From positions 1 to 64,000 of the forward strand of contig MRSU01006864.1 of assembly GCA_008369845.1 (NCBI GenBank): 64,000 nucleotides of DNA, given 5' to 3'. Positions 20,239-32,300 of the stretch are shown in pieces. This DNA comes from Trichomonas gallinae. Lineage: Eukaryota. The notes below the pieces were generated by a model that did no database searches, was not told where the DNA came from, and saw only the letters and a list, made by a program, of their open reading frames with translations. The stretch's first letter is position 1; every line of letters begins with the position of its first letter. The position numbers and the translations under genes were made by a program.

Positions 20239-23226
20239 ATGGATCCATATACTAACCTTTACGACGAGCTTTTTGCATTTGCAAACAAGGAAAATAGGGC
20301 ACTACACAAGAGGATCCTTGCGAAAAACGATGAATTAGCAAAATTAAAGAATGAATGCACTGATTTACAAGATAGATTAAACGTTCTTAACGAGCATCTG
20401 CAGAGTGTTACGACAGAAGTGAAATCTACGCAAGAACTTCTCACTGCTAAAGAAGCTCAAGCGAAAGAAGAACAACATCTTCAACAACTTAGTGAACGTG
20501 AATACGGAAAAATCGTTAGTGAAGTCGGAAAACTTGAAGAAGAAACAACAAAAGTTCAAGCTAAGAACAGTGAAGTACAGTCTAAGATATTTAAATCACA
20601 ACAGAGAATCGAAGCATTCAAAGAAGAATACGCAGCCAACGAAGAACAGTTACAACAGTGGATTCAGGCAGCACGTGATAAAGAAGAGGATTTCCTCGTA
20701 TTACAACGCTATCAACGCGAAGATGAAGGTAGAATTCGATCAATGTTGCTTGAAATCGAGAAATCACAAGGAATTGTTGAACAGAAACGCGCAGAACTCG
20801 AACAGGAAGTTACACAGACTCGTGCTCTCCAAATAGAATTAGATATGACTGCAGAACAATTCCGAAAACTTCACGAAGAGAGAAATCAGCTCTTAAGTCA
20901 GTGGGAAAACACTCTTCAGCAGCTCCAATCACTTAATGTTGCTATCGAAAAGACTACAGAAGCCTATGACTCAAGAAAAGGCGAAACAGACAGAATTTCA
21001 AATAATGTTCGCGAAGAAAAAAAGAATCTCGAAAAAGCTGAGCAAGATAACAAAGCATTAGATCGTCGCTTGACAATCGGTGATCACCAAGTCACTCAAA
21101 AACACAAACAGTTCGAAATCGATAACGCAAATCTCTTAGAATTCAGCGAAACAGTTGAAACACAGCGTCACGCGCTCGACAAGGCTGAAAGCAATGAGCG
21201 CGCAATTAGAGAAGAGATAGAAGAGTTCAGGAGAAAGACAGCGCTCGAAGTTCAAAAGAAAGAAAGTTACTTGCAACGTCTCAAGCAGACAAAAGACGCC
21301 TTATATACACAGAAAGACTCAACAGAGGAACTCCAGCAGCAGACAAACGTCATGAACGAGTTCTTGAAGAAAGAAAATGACACATTAAAAGATTTGATGA
21401 AGAAAATCGAAGCTGAAAAAGGCCAAATTTACAAACTTTCTCAAGCAGTTTACGAAGAGCGCAAACGTGAAAAGAACTTGTTAGCTGAAATGCAGGGAAG
21501 CCAGTCCCGCGCAAAGAACTTGCAACTCAAGATCCAAGAATTCGACAGAGAAACACAGAAGCAGGAAGAATTGAAGTACAACTCAAACTTCCAGATCCAG
21601 CAGATGGAGAGAAAGATTTCGCGTATTGAAGGTGACAGAACTGAGGAAGAAAAGATCGAGCTGCAGTCAAAGATAGAGCAGCTCCAGGAGACGCTATCTC
21701 AGAAGCTTTCTGTCGAGAAAATGCTCGGCCAGCAGCTCCACAGACTTGATTTGGACCTCAGACAAACAGCCCGCAGAAAAGAAAATGCCGACAAGCAGAA
21801 ACTCGATTTAGAAACAAAACTCAACGAGCTGAGGCTTGATCAGGACTCTCTCGATAAGAGCACAGCAAAGGCAAGAAGCCAAAAGGAGAATGTTCTCGTT
21901 CAGATCAATATGCTTAGACTTCAAGTCGAAAAACTGTCAGATCAAGTTGCAGCCAAAAGTGATGAGTTGATTTCACTCGAAAACCGTCGCCAGCAGCTCC
22001 AGCTTTCCATGCAGGAGCGTGTTCTTGAGATTGATGCACACCTTGCTGCGCTCAGGACAGAGTTGAAGACAGAGGAAGAAGCTCGCCATCTTGCAATCAC
22101 AGAACTTTCCGAGCGCAAGAAGAGGAGCGAGACACTTCAAGCCAAGTTCAAAGTCATGATGGGCAAATACCAGAAAGACGGCGAAGAAGAACCCTCACAG
22201 GCAACGAACATCATCAAATTCGCGAAAGAGAGAGAAGAAGTCTCAAGGAGAGGTGACGAACTTGAAGCTGAAGTCACGAAAGCCGTCAAAGAACTCAGAG
22301 CTTTGGAAAAGGCGATGAACAAGATCAACGGCCAGAACACTAAATACAGAGAAGGATTCAAGGCAATTGATCAGAATGACGCCGACATGGAACGCAAGAA
22401 GACACTTGAAGAGCAGAAGAAGCTTGCACAGCAAAGATTGAATGCAAGAAGAGCAGATGTCAGGAGAAGAAGAGAAGAACATCAAGCTCTCGAACAAGCT
22501 CATCAACAGCAGGAAGATAAAATTGCTGCTCTTCAAGCAGAAATACAGAGGATGAAGCCATTTGTCGAAAAGACATCATCTGAGAATAGAGACCTCAAAG
22601 AGAAACTCAAGAGAGCAAACACAGGTCTCACAAAGGCAAGAGAAATGCACAGGAAGAAAGAAAATATACCATTAGACGCAAGTTATCCAGCGTCACTTCT
22701 CGAAATGGACATAGAAGTTAAACTTGCGAAGATCAACATAGAAGGAATCGTTTCAGAGCTTACTTCTCTCGCAGAGAATAACAGAGAGATGGAACCAAAA
22801 CTCAGATTGGCTCTATCTCAGGCAGGCATCACAATGAGACAGCCACCAACTACAGGTGCATCGCCGCGTGCGAACATCACCACTCCTAGCATCAACTCGA
22901 GGCCGGCATCGTCTGCTTCGTCAGTTAGAAGTGGACAGTCTTCTGGCCAAGCATCTGCCCGCTCGAATACTTCGTTGGGCTCTAATGCATCTAGAAGGTC
23001 GAATTTGTCGCAGGCATCAAACGCTTCAACAAAGTCGAAGATGAGTGTCGGCAGTGTTAGAAGCAATGCCAGCCAAGGCAGTGTTAGAAGCAATGCAAGC
23101 CAGGCCAGCGATCTCTCAGATCTCTCCGTGCACAGCAGCAACTCTTCATCGAGAAGAGCAACAACAGCTGCAGGTCCAAGAATTGCCAAACCTGTTACAC
23201 CAAGAAGAACTGGTGCCAAGAAATAA
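20239..23226 (+). CDS. CCDC39: CCDC39/FAP59 axonemal 96-nm ruler protein
   Basis: FANKENRAL..LNEHLQSVTTEVKSTQELL..EQHLQQLSEREYGK..LVLQRYQREDEGRIRSM..TRALQIELDMTAEQFRKLHEERNQLLSQWE follows the CCDC39 pattern. The tail is Ser-rich. Confidence 0.88.
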   Translation: MDPYTNLYDELFAFANKENRALHKRILAKNDELAKLKNECTDLQDRLNVLNEHLQSVTTEVKSTQELLTAKEAQAKEEQHLQQLSEREYGKIVSEVGKLEEETTKVQAKNSEVQSKIFKSQQRIEAFKEEYAANEEQLQQWIQAARDKEEDFLVLQRYQREDEGRIRSMLLEIEKSQGIVEQKRAELEQEVTQTRALQIELDMTAEQFRKLHEERNQLLSQWENTLQQLQSLNVAIEKTTEAYDSRKGETDRISNNVREEKKNLEKAEQDNKALDRRLTIGDHQVTQKHKQFEIDNANLLEFSETVETQRHALDKAESNERAIREEIEEFRRKTALEVQKKESYLQRLKQTKDALYTQKDSTEELQQQTNVMNEFLKKENDTLKDLMKKIEAEKGQIYKLSQAVYEERKREKNLLAEMQGSQSRAKNLQLKIQEFDRETQKQEELKYNSNFQIQQMERKISRIEGDRTEEEKIELQSKIEQLQETLSQKLSVEKMLGQQLHRLDLDLRQTARRKENADKQKLDLETKLNELRLDQDSLDKSTAKARSQKENVLVQINMLRLQVEKLSDQVAAKSDELISLENRRQQLQLSMQERVLEIDAHLAALRTELKTEEEARHLAITELSERKKRSETLQAKFKVMMGKYQKDGEEEPSQATNIIKFAKEREEVSRRGDELEAEVTKAVKELRALEKAMNKINGQNTKYREGFKAIDQNDADMERKKTLEEQKKLAQQRLNARRADVRRRREEHQALEQAHQQQEDKIAALQAEIQRMKPFVEKTSSENRDLKEKLKRANTGLTKAREMHRKKENIPLDASYPASLLEMDIEVKLAKINIEGIVSELTSLAENNREMEPKLRLALSQAGITMRQPPTTGASPRANITTPSINSRPASSASSVRSGQSSGQASARSNTSLGSNASRRSNLSQASNASTKSKMSVGSVRSNASQGSVRSNASQASDLSDLSVHSSNSSSRRATTAAGPRIAKPVTPRRTGAKK

Positions 23227-23969
23227 GTGTTTATCCGTTTATTATTTGTAAAATATAACCTCATTTTGCTATTTTCGAAGATATCTAATATCAATATTCA
23301 TAACATTTTAGTAGGATGTTTTTTGCAAGTCAAGTATTAGCTATTATGTGTTCTCAAACTATATGAATGCTGCACAAATAATGAATTTACCGTATTTGTA
23401 ATATGCGTGAAATGTATTGAAGCTATTCTGTTTTCATCCATCTTGATGCTGTGACTCAAAGAAGGGATCTTTATCTTGTGACCATGAAAAATTATTTATG
23501 GACGACTCTTGAAAATTTTTGACAAAAAGTGTCGAATTCTATATTGATTTAAATTGCTATTTTTATCGGAAAATTCATGAATTAAATCGTCTTTATTATA
23601 AAATATAATAATCTACATGAAAAATAGTATAAAGTCTTCGATAACATTTGAAAAGAATTATTAGACATTGATCGAGAAAAAAGAGATTTTTAATTTTGTA
23701 CTTTAAATCGACTTTCTCTACATATATAATGATTTTTTCTACTTCATAGTAACGAAGCATAAGCCTAAATTTTAGTTTTCTGTCTAATCATTTGAAATTT
23801 ATTGTTTAATCTTGCAAGTTGCACATATTTTATTGCATCGTAATAGTGCTATAGTACTTCCGACTTCTATATGTTTTCATATAGTACTTAATATATGTTT
23901 TAAAATTTTTATAAATATTATCTATTCTTTACATGAAAACATTTATATTAAACATTTATGCAATATGTA

Positions 23970-25298
23970 TTATTCGTCTGCTTCGTTGTATTCATCAGAT
24001 GAACTGGATAAAATCATTGAATTATCATCATTTGTGTTTTTCTGGGCAATAGAATTCTGATCAATTTTAATATTATCAAAATTGGATGCTAAAGTAACGT
24101 GTAAATAGTCACCAAGAGAATGTTGAGGAACACTCGCAGCTGCGCAAGCATGTTCAGCTTGATAGTATTCTACCAATCCGTAATTGTCTCTGCGCTCAAC
24201 TTGAATGCATTTGATGGCACCGAATTTGCTGAAATAATTATACAATTTAGGAATTGTAAATTTAGATTCTTCAATTCCGCAAACGGCGATAATAAATCTT
24301 GTTGGCTTTTCAACTTGTTTGTAGCTGGTAACTTTTGGTGGTTTTGAAGGAACAGATTTCTTGAATTCAAGTTTATCTGTTTTTTCAGGTTGTTCGCTGT
24401 CTGACGATGACTGTGAATATTCTATGATTGTTTTCTTTGGCTTTTCATGTCTTGATTTATGTGATTTATGATGTGATTTGTGTTTTTTATCAGATGATAA
24501 AGATCTATCTGATTTTGATGATTTTTCTTTGTTTTTATCCTTTTTGTCTTTTGAAGAGGAGCTTTTTGAAGGCTTTTCGAGCTGTTTTGAATCTGATTTT
24601 GACTTTTTAGATTTAATATCATCTGAATCCGATTCTGATGAATAATATGATTCATCATAATATAAGTAGTCAGAATATGAATCAGATTCTGAAATCTTTT
24701 TTTCTTTTCTAGATTTGGATTTTGATTTCGAAGAGTTTTTCTCCTTTTTATCAGACTTTTTGTCTTTCTTATCCTTTTTCTTACTCTTTTTGTTATCATC
24801 ATCCGAAGAGGATGAAGTTTCGGTATCATCATAATATTGATCTGAGGAATAATAATCTGATGAGTAGCTGTACTTTCGCCTCGACTTCTTTTTGACTTTC
24901 TTTTTATCTTTTTTACTTGATTTTGGTTTTGATTTTGATGAAGTTTTTGAATAAATTGTTTCTGGGCTTTTTTCTTCGGTTCTTTCAACTTTTGACTCTT
25001 TGGTTTCAAGTTTTTCATTGATTTCGGTCATTGAATTTGGTTGGTTGGATGTTGGTTTATTAATTAATGATGGTTGTGCATTTCTACTCTGATCTATAAA
25101 CATCATTAGAGAGCTGACGAATTCTTTAGCTTGCTGAGGTATTATTTGCTCTAAATCGCTTAATAAGAGATGTGCAGGGGTTTTTCTGTTTAATAACTCA
25201 CAGACATAGTTCGTGAAAACCTTCTTCTCGCATTCAATCTGGCTTTCGGTGACAAAATTCTCAATCCATGCTCGAACAACAGAACTATTGTAATTCAT
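23970..25298 (-). CDS. PWI + Lys/Ser/Asp-rich + RRM RNA-binding protein (RBM26/27-like)
   Basis: N-terminal PWI-like helices (VRAWIENF..VFTNYVCELL..AKEFVSSL) and a C-terminal RRM (IPKLYNYFSKFGAIKCIQV..GLVEY). Confidence 0.75.
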   Translation of the reverse strand: MNYNSSVVRAWIENFVTESQIECEKKVFTNYVCELLNRKTPAHLLLSDLEQIIPQQAKEFVSSLMMFIDQSRNAQPSLINKPTSNQPNSMTEINEKLETKESKVERTEEKSPETIYSKTSSKSKPKSSKKDKKKVKKKSRRKYSYSSDYYSSDQYYDDTETSSSSDDDNKKSKKKDKKDKKSDKKEKNSSKSKSKSRKEKKISESDSYSDYLYYDESYYSSESDSDDIKSKKSKSDSKQLEKPSKSSSSKDKKDKNKEKSSKSDRSLSSDKKHKSHHKSHKSRHEKPKKTIIEYSQSSSDSEQPEKTDKLEFKKSVPSKPPKVTSYKQVEKPTRFIIAVCGIEESKFTIPKLYNYFSKFGAIKCIQVERRDNYGLVEYYQAEHACAAASVPQHSLGDYLHVTLASNFDNIKIDQNSIAQKNTNDDNSMILSSSSDEYNEADE

Positions 25299-25775
25299 AT
25301 TTTGACTGGCAAAATTTCATTTATTTCACTTTTTGTCAAAAAGAGAAGAGGTGACAAAATGAAGTCTTCTTAGAACACAGAGATGCCTCCAGACTGTAAT
25401 CTTGTGACCTATATTGGGATAAATATAGATATTCTGGAAATTTCTTAAATTCCAATTTCATTATCCTTCTTATCTTGCAAAATAAGTGGATAATTTTACT
25501 CGTCAAAATTTGTCATGTAGTGAAATTTGACTTGATTTACATGTCATAATCATCATAATATGTTATCATACTCGCAAAATATTGACTTGTTCTTTAAAAT
25601 TTGTTTTAGATTCTCATCTTTTGTATATAGCTATGCTAGACACTAAGAAATCTTCTTTTAAAATTTCATATCTAATTCTAGAATTTATATTCCTCATTCA
25701 TTAACTTAAATAATAACCTTATTTATTTTAAAAGGGTCTTATATTTTAAATTAGGGGTCTATGTTCATTAATTTC

Positions 25776-26555
25776 ATGAATACTAATAAAAGTATTTCAT
25801 GGGATCAAACTGCTAGAGTTGAATCCTGGAACCTTCTTTTAAGTGTTGGCAAGTTAATGAGGTATCCTTTATCACCAGCTATCACCGCTGCATACAATTT
25901 CCTACATAATTATTTTTCATTTGGAGGAAGCTTAACAGATTTCGATTTGGTCACTTTATGCATGACGTCTATGTTCGTTACAGCAAAATCTGAAATCAGA
26001 GATGAGTCATTAGTAAATTTTATTCAGCAATTCGGCAAAGTTGCATCAGAATTCACTGGAGACAGAAAGAGTCTGTTTGGTAGCTCTGTAGACTCTCTTA
26101 AACAATACATAAAGAAAAACAATCCGATGCACTTAGAGAAAGTTCGTTCTAACATCCTCCAATGCGAATTTGCTATGTTAAATACCAATAAATGGGAATT
26201 TATTACTGATCACGCATTCTCTCCTTTGATTTATTGGCTCTCGGAAATCAAAAAAGCTATTAAATCAGATAAAACAAATACAGAAGGCAGAGCGAAATTC
26301 GACACAATGAGGGCAGAATGTGTGCACAATATATGCACATTATTCATCACAATGGATGGTCCTTGGCCACCTGGAACTCATATTGCTGCAAGCGCTCTTA
26401 TGTATACTTTATCACTTCCTAATTATCGCCATGGATTCTTACCCGATGACTTTATGGAGTATATTATGGATATAGTTCAGCCAAATATCAAAGATAATAT
26501 TACTTATGATTTCCCGGCTTTAGATGCACGTATTAACGATGCTATACTACCATAA
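25776..26555 (+). CDS. Cyclin-fold protein (transcriptional cyclin T/K/L-like)
   Basis: Cyclin box pattern TAAYNFLHNYF..TLCMTSMFVTAKSE..ILQCEFAMLNTNKWEF. An initiator-like TCATT at 25765 favours the ATG at 25776 over 25761. Confidence 0.75.
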   Translation: MNTNKSISWDQTARVESWNLLLSVGKLMRYPLSPAITAAYNFLHNYFSFGGSLTDFDLVTLCMTSMFVTAKSEIRDESLVNFIQQFGKVASEFTGDRKSLFGSSVDSLKQYIKKNNPMHLEKVRSNILQCEFAMLNTNKWEFITDHAFSPLIYWLSEIKKAIKSDKTNTEGRAKFDTMRAECVHNICTLFITMDGPWPPGTHIAASALMYTLSLPNYRHGFLPDDFMEYIMDIVQPNIKDNITYDFPALDARINDAILP

Positions 26556-26840
26556 AATACTAATGTTTGTATTAATTGTCAATATATATATAAAATTATT
26601 ATTACTTTTTTATTTAGACCTTTGTTAACATTCTGAAATGGAAAATAGGAAAATTTTCATGCATTGATCGGAGTCATTTAACAATTGAACAATTTAAAGT
26701 TAATAAAATTTATAAACTTTAAACTTGCATTTAGGCATTAAATATTTTCAAATTAATGACTATGTGATGTGATGCTTGAGATATAAACTATATATAAGTT
26801 TAAAACATATCTGAATGTTGATATTGAGAATTTATAATCT

Positions 26841-26912
26841 AATTTGACACTTTACATGACAAATCAAAATATTGTAAAAAGTGACTTTGATGCATTAAGT
26901 CAAAAGTGACAA
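26841..26912 (+). promoter_or_regulatory. Upstream motif cluster (2x AAAAGTGAC, TTTGACACTTTACATGACA)
   Basis: AAAAGTGAC at 26877 and 26902, just before the Vps18-like ATG. The same word sits near starts at 20196, 37933, 59645 and 63628. Confidence 0.6.
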
Positions 26913-26918
26913 TGATTT

Positions 26919-29216
26919 ATGAGTTTTAATAATTTCTGTGAAATCCTACAATTAGATTTCACATGCGAGATTCTTTTGACTGCTGTCAGGCCCAAAACTA
27001 TATGGATACTTCGTTCTAACTTCGAACTTGATATATTTGAAAGATCGAATCTTAAAAACGTAAAAAAATACATGATAAATCAGAAACCAACTAAAGACGT
27101 AAAGATGTGCGTCGATAGCAAAGGCGAAAAATGCATAATAATCATTGCAAGAAAAAAGCCATTATATTTTACAACGACAGCACAGACATTTCAAGTGGTC
27201 CCCATTCCACCATCAGTTATACCTCTTACAGGATGCTGGATTGAACCCGAAAAATCACTTCCAAGTTTTCTTCTCGGTGATGAAAAAGGCCAAATTCTAC
27301 ATATTCAGCCAGGCAGCAACGTAAATCCAACGTTCTTATATAGATCGCCAAATGGGACGCCAATAATTGAAATTACGACAATGACAATTAAATCAATAAC
27401 ATATTTCGTCATTTATACAGACGAAAAAATCATTACATATAGCGGATCAGAGCGAATAGAGATTATTTTTGCAAGTGGAGCGTCTCCTCATATTATATTT
27501 GTAGGCCCTCCAAGTGAAATTCAAAAAAATCGAATTTTTCCGCAGAATTTGTCAAACAAGATTGGTATATTGATAGATTACGGAGCTTTGATACTTCATG
27601 CTTTCGAATCAGGCAACAAAGCCAACTTTCAGCAAGATTTATGCGAATTTAATTCACCAACAAAAATATATTTTGCTCAAACTCCTTATGGAATTCTATT
27701 TGCAGACAGCACTGGTATCCCTGTTGTCTATGAGGGAAAGGCGAGGCTCACAGTTCCATTACCAGAAGTAAATTATATCTACACAGACGAGAACGAATAT
27801 ATATTTACAACCAGCGGTGATATTATTCGGTTTACAATAGATAAATTCAAACAGTTCTTGTGTAGGACTGCTATCGATCAAAAAGATTTCGAATACGCTA
27901 ATATGCTTATAAAATCCGACAATTCGATCATCCAGCCTGTCATAAACACGTTGCAGACCAAAAAGGCAAATGAATTTTTGAACGAACCCGAGCTTTCTAT
28001 AAACCGCGGACTTCAGATTTTCACAAAGCCCGAAATCAAGATCAGTTTCCTATGTGGTAAGCTCGCAAGGATGCCATATAGGATGATAAAGGATAGATAC
28101 GCTCTAGCATGGTTCATTTTGAGTTTGTTTTTATCCGTGCTTCCACAAAAAATCACCGAGTTCAAAGCATTTTTGCAAGCTAATTTAAGTCTATTTCCTC
28201 GTCAATCACTTGAGTCTGCTCTGCATCAGACTGACTATGAAGATGCTCCCCTCCTTCTCGCCGAGCTCTACGGCGATGTTTCGAAAGCTATAAACTACTA
28301 CATGCAACGCGGCGACTATGAAAAAGCTATCGATAAATTATCAGACGTAAATAATCAAAATACAGTCGTAAATATATTGCTTAGGATTCCACGCCAAGAC
28401 TTAGTCAGAGATTTTATTCTTAATCATTCAATAGACGCGACAAAACTCATCCCAATTCTTTCATTGTTCCACTCAATAGCTCCGAAAAGTATTGGCGCGC
28501 AATCAAGAACGCCAATGATTGAACTTTTGCTGATTTTGTCGTATTGCATTAATAAAGATATTCAGGCACTCAATACTGCTGTCACAACAAGATCTCTTAA
28601 CCTCGAAAAGGTTATTTCACTATCTATATGCTTTAAACTTTTCGAGCCAGCATCGAGGGCCCTTGTTCGCCTGGGAATGATTAATCGTGCAATTGCTACT
28701 GCACATAAAGGCGGCTTAAATCTTGCCTATCAAATAATTAGCACTGTCAAAAGCGATTTGCAAAAATCTGCGTGGATGGCGCTGCTCGGCGTTTGTAGCG
28801 ATGAAGAGCGCTCGCAGATCATTCGCAGAATAATAGATTCTAAAATGTTTGAGTTCGAGGAGTTGCTTCCATTTATAGGAGACGATGAACCTATTTGTAA
28901 CTTTTCTGACAGAATCAAACAAGCTGTCGAAAAGCTGCAATTCGAGTCAAATGAGAGCGTGTTCCAAAGAAAATTCCGCAACCCTCAGATAGATGCATTT
29001 GTCCTTCATCTTGGTGATACATGCGCAAGTTGTCACATAGTACTGCAGGGAACAGAATTTATTCATTTTCCGTGCGGGCACTCAATGCACCAAGACTGTC
29101 TCCAAGCGATGTATAAAAAGCTAAAGGAGCCATTTGGTAAGGATGGCTACTTAGATTCATGTCCTTTGTGCGGATTTGGCGCACTTACACCTGATAATTG
29201 GATGGTATTTGTTTAA
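26919..29216 (+). CDS. VPS18: Vps18/Pep3-like protein (beta-propeller, solenoid, RING-H2)
   Basis: C-terminal CASC..FIHFPCGHSMHQDC..CPLCG RING, preceded by ELLPFI..ICNFSDRI. A clathrin-like repeat AINYYMQRGDYEKAI is present. Confidence 0.72.
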   Translation: MSFNNFCEILQLDFTCEILLTAVRPKTIWILRSNFELDIFERSNLKNVKKYMINQKPTKDVKMCVDSKGEKCIIIIARKKPLYFTTTAQTFQVVPIPPSVIPLTGCWIEPEKSLPSFLLGDEKGQILHIQPGSNVNPTFLYRSPNGTPIIEITTMTIKSITYFVIYTDEKIITYSGSERIEIIFASGASPHIIFVGPPSEIQKNRIFPQNLSNKIGILIDYGALILHAFESGNKANFQQDLCEFNSPTKIYFAQTPYGILFADSTGIPVVYEGKARLTVPLPEVNYIYTDENEYIFTTSGDIIRFTIDKFKQFLCRTAIDQKDFEYANMLIKSDNSIIQPVINTLQTKKANEFLNEPELSINRGLQIFTKPEIKISFLCGKLARMPYRMIKDRYALAWFILSLFLSVLPQKITEFKAFLQANLSLFPRQSLESALHQTDYEDAPLLLAELYGDVSKAINYYMQRGDYEKAIDKLSDVNNQNTVVNILLRIPRQDLVRDFILNHSIDATKLIPILSLFHSIAPKSIGAQSRTPMIELLLILSYCINKDIQALNTAVTTRSLNLEKVISLSICFKLFEPASRALVRLGMINRAIATAHKGGLNLAYQIISTVKSDLQKSAWMALLGVCSDEERSQIIRRIIDSKMFEFEELLPFIGDDEPICNFSDRIKQAVEKLQFESNESVFQRKFRNPQIDAFVLHLGDTCASCHIVLQGTEFIHFPCGHSMHQDCLQAMYKKLKEPFGKDGYLDSCPLCGFGALTPDNWMVFV

Positions 29217-29396
29217 AAACTTTTTTTATTTGTTTGTCATCATGAAAAATAGTTTTTTTTTTTTTTTTTTATAAATCAAACTATTGTTATAATGTTTTCT
29301 TGCAGAATAATTTAAATCTACAGAAAAATAACAATATCATGTCATAAAGATGAAAAATGGAATAAAATCGAACATTTTTAATTACAAAAAATAAAA

Positions 29397-32300
29397 TTAT
29401 GAGAAAGTTAATTCATTATCGATTGTGTCAACGAAAGCATATTTTGTCTTTTCAGGTTTGTATTCAACATCAAAGATGCCGAAGAACTGGTTAACAGCAA
29501 AGAAAGTCATTGGCGCGATATTGTCGCTTTGGTTCGCGGGATTCATGGATGAAGATGCCTCAGAGAAAGCAGCTAATGCTGAGACCATAGCAGGCGACAA
29601 TTTGGCAGCAAGATCGTGGGCTTTAGATTGATTGAATCGATAAAGTGTCTTCAAATACTCGCCTGAATGCTTCTCTTCGTTGATGATGCTCTGTAAAACT
29701 TGTGGAAGTCGCTCAACATGAGGCTTGATATACTCTTCTGGCGCTGGAATCCATCGCTTTGTTTCTTCGGTAGCTTCAATCAGCAATTTGATGTCAGAAT
29801 CGATTTTCATTTCACATAATGTTTCCAATTCTTCTATCTTCATTTCATAGTTAATAATATCATCAGACATCTTGTAGTATGGCATGTAATTGGCTGTGGT
29901 CACCCTGATAATTGTATTTTGCTGATTCAAAAACTGAGGCTCAGAAACAAACTCGTTGTAAAAGCCAATGTTATTCTTGACAACAGGGAACAAAGGAACA
30001 AGACAGCAGCCATCTTCGGATGAGCACTGCTGTGAATGAATGCAACAGAGTTTTGGAGGCTTTGAAAGTCGTCCGTTGCCGGCGATTAATGCAGCTGTTC
30101 TTTGGTAGTCTTTTGGAGGCAAACAGAAAACTTCACGCTTAACTTTTCCGTCAGCTCGCTGCTCAAGCATGAAGAAGGCGAGATTCTGGGACTTGTTGAC
30201 AAGCTTCTGGCAGTCGCTGCTGAATGATTTCAAGTCCTCAGAAATACTCTTGTAGTCCCTTATGCTGTGGTGACCTCTAATAAGCAATGAATGGATACTA
30301 CTAAGAGGATGATAGAGATTGGCCATTCTACAAAGGTTTTCCGCAAACTCTAACTCAGCTATTACGCTGTCCTCTGTGAAATCCTGCAGCAAGTCTTTGT
30401 GAACATTCGTATTCTTTGGGTCGAACTCTAACTCAAGACCTGGGATGAAGTCGAAGTCACATTCAAGGAACAAATCATCGTCATATTCTCGCTTCAATGT
30501 TCGCTTCATAGTCAAAACTTCTCGCTTATTATCTTTTATATTGTGACCAATCTTAGACGCATATGCAGCTGCGCACAAAGCAACGACATGCATCTGAGCG
30601 ACAAATGCGGACGCGTAGTCCTCAGCGAGTCTGTTGTTGATAACGATTTGGCGCAGCCATTTTACACGCATTGATGGCATCTCTAAGTATTGATCTGCAA
30701 TTCTCTTCAGGTTAAGTGCGTTGACATCTGCTGGGAATTGAGCATCACGCTGTGTTTCTACGCACTCTGCCACAACATATGATGCGTTGATTCGCTCAAC
30801 AACTTGATTTGATTTTTCTCCAAAAATTGTCGAATTTTGTGCAACAGACTTGAGGATATCTAGCACAGATACAATGGATTGTATTGACGCTGCACTGCAA
30901 GTGAATAGCTTCGAAGCTAAAACTTCCATGAAACCCGAGGAGCTGATGGAAACTGTGTTATTCCTGTTGAAATCGCTCTTGAATGATGAAAGAATCAATG
31001 CAACACCTGTCGCGATCTCATATTTGTTCTTTGAAGCCATGAAATTAACAGATTGAACTAAAATTTGCTTAATTTGTTCTTGCGTCTGGAACTCAATAAC
31101 TTTCTGTCCAACTCTGAATATCAAACTGTAGTTGTTCGGAGACTGTTTAGGGTACATAGTGGATTTCAATAAGTCAACTATAGAATTTTCGAGATCTTTG
31201 AAATCGCTTTGGATTATTAATGCGAAATTAAGCAATCTCTTTGAAACATCATGTCCAAAAACTTGGTTAGGATTCCTTTTGGCGATTTCCATAACGTTTG
31301 TAAGGAATTTGATAAATGATATCCTCATCGTCGACAAACTTTCGAAGAAAACTTGAAGAGCTCTGTGCGGTGTATAAGCAATTAAGAACAGAACAATTGC
31401 TATTATCATGTCGATGTTGTCCTTTGACTTTTTGATGACTGGGAGCTCGAACAGCGAGAAGGTGATGTGCAAGAAAGGAAGCAAAACTGATGCGATTTTA
31501 GTTCTCGATTCCGAGTCGAGAGATTCGCCATTTAAGACGAATATATTGAGAATATGCAGGATTAAGTTGGCTGTTGATGGATTTACCGCATCAGATTCAA
31601 CGGAATTAGAAATGAAGTAAAATAAAGGAGAAAGGAGTTTCAAGTATGCGGAATATCCATTGTTTATCAGGTCAACATTGACCTTTTGCGTGGCAAACTG
31701 GCAGAAATCCTTTGAACTTAGCATGATTTGATAAAACTTGAAAATCAAGAAGATGTTATACTCGCTTTGATCCTTTGTTTTCCTTAGGTTCTGTATGTGG
31801 AATGATGACACATTGATGAAATCATTTTTGTCGGATTTTTCAAGAAGAGTGAGAAAGATTTCTGCAATAGATTCGTTCAACTTCGTTGATGGAGAGTTAG
31901 CGAAGTCATTTGTGCCTAATTTGATGGCCTTCGCAACAACGCATGTGCAGGTATTAAGGAAAGGCAGGATTAACCTGACATTATTGATAATTCCTTCCGT
32001 TTTAAGGCAAACATTGATGCATTGAGTTAAAAATGTGAGTGTAACTGATATAGATTGTATTGTTTTCTGGCTCGTCATTGAATCTTCAATCAACTTTGAA
32101 AAAACAATTGATAGCTTCGGGAATATTTCTTCGTAGTTCTTTGGAGGCTGGTAGAAGTGGTTGCTCCACTGATTCAAGCATGACAAAACCATGTTTTGTG
32201 GAAATCTATTGATTAATTCGACTAATTTCGAGCCGGTTTCGAAATCCATGTTTTCTAGCAGATACGAGACCAAAGGTATGAAATTGTCAGTAAGAACATC

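Noticed and set aside
22818..23294. 158 aa antisense ORF, and a 27-bp duplication at 23050-23103
   Set aside because: The ORF is the shadow of the Ser-rich CCDC39 tail. The duplication is an ordinary low-complexity expansion.
24422..25018. 198 aa alternative-frame ORF
   Set aside because: It is a by-product of the low-complexity Lys/Ser/Asp region of the PWI-RRM gene.
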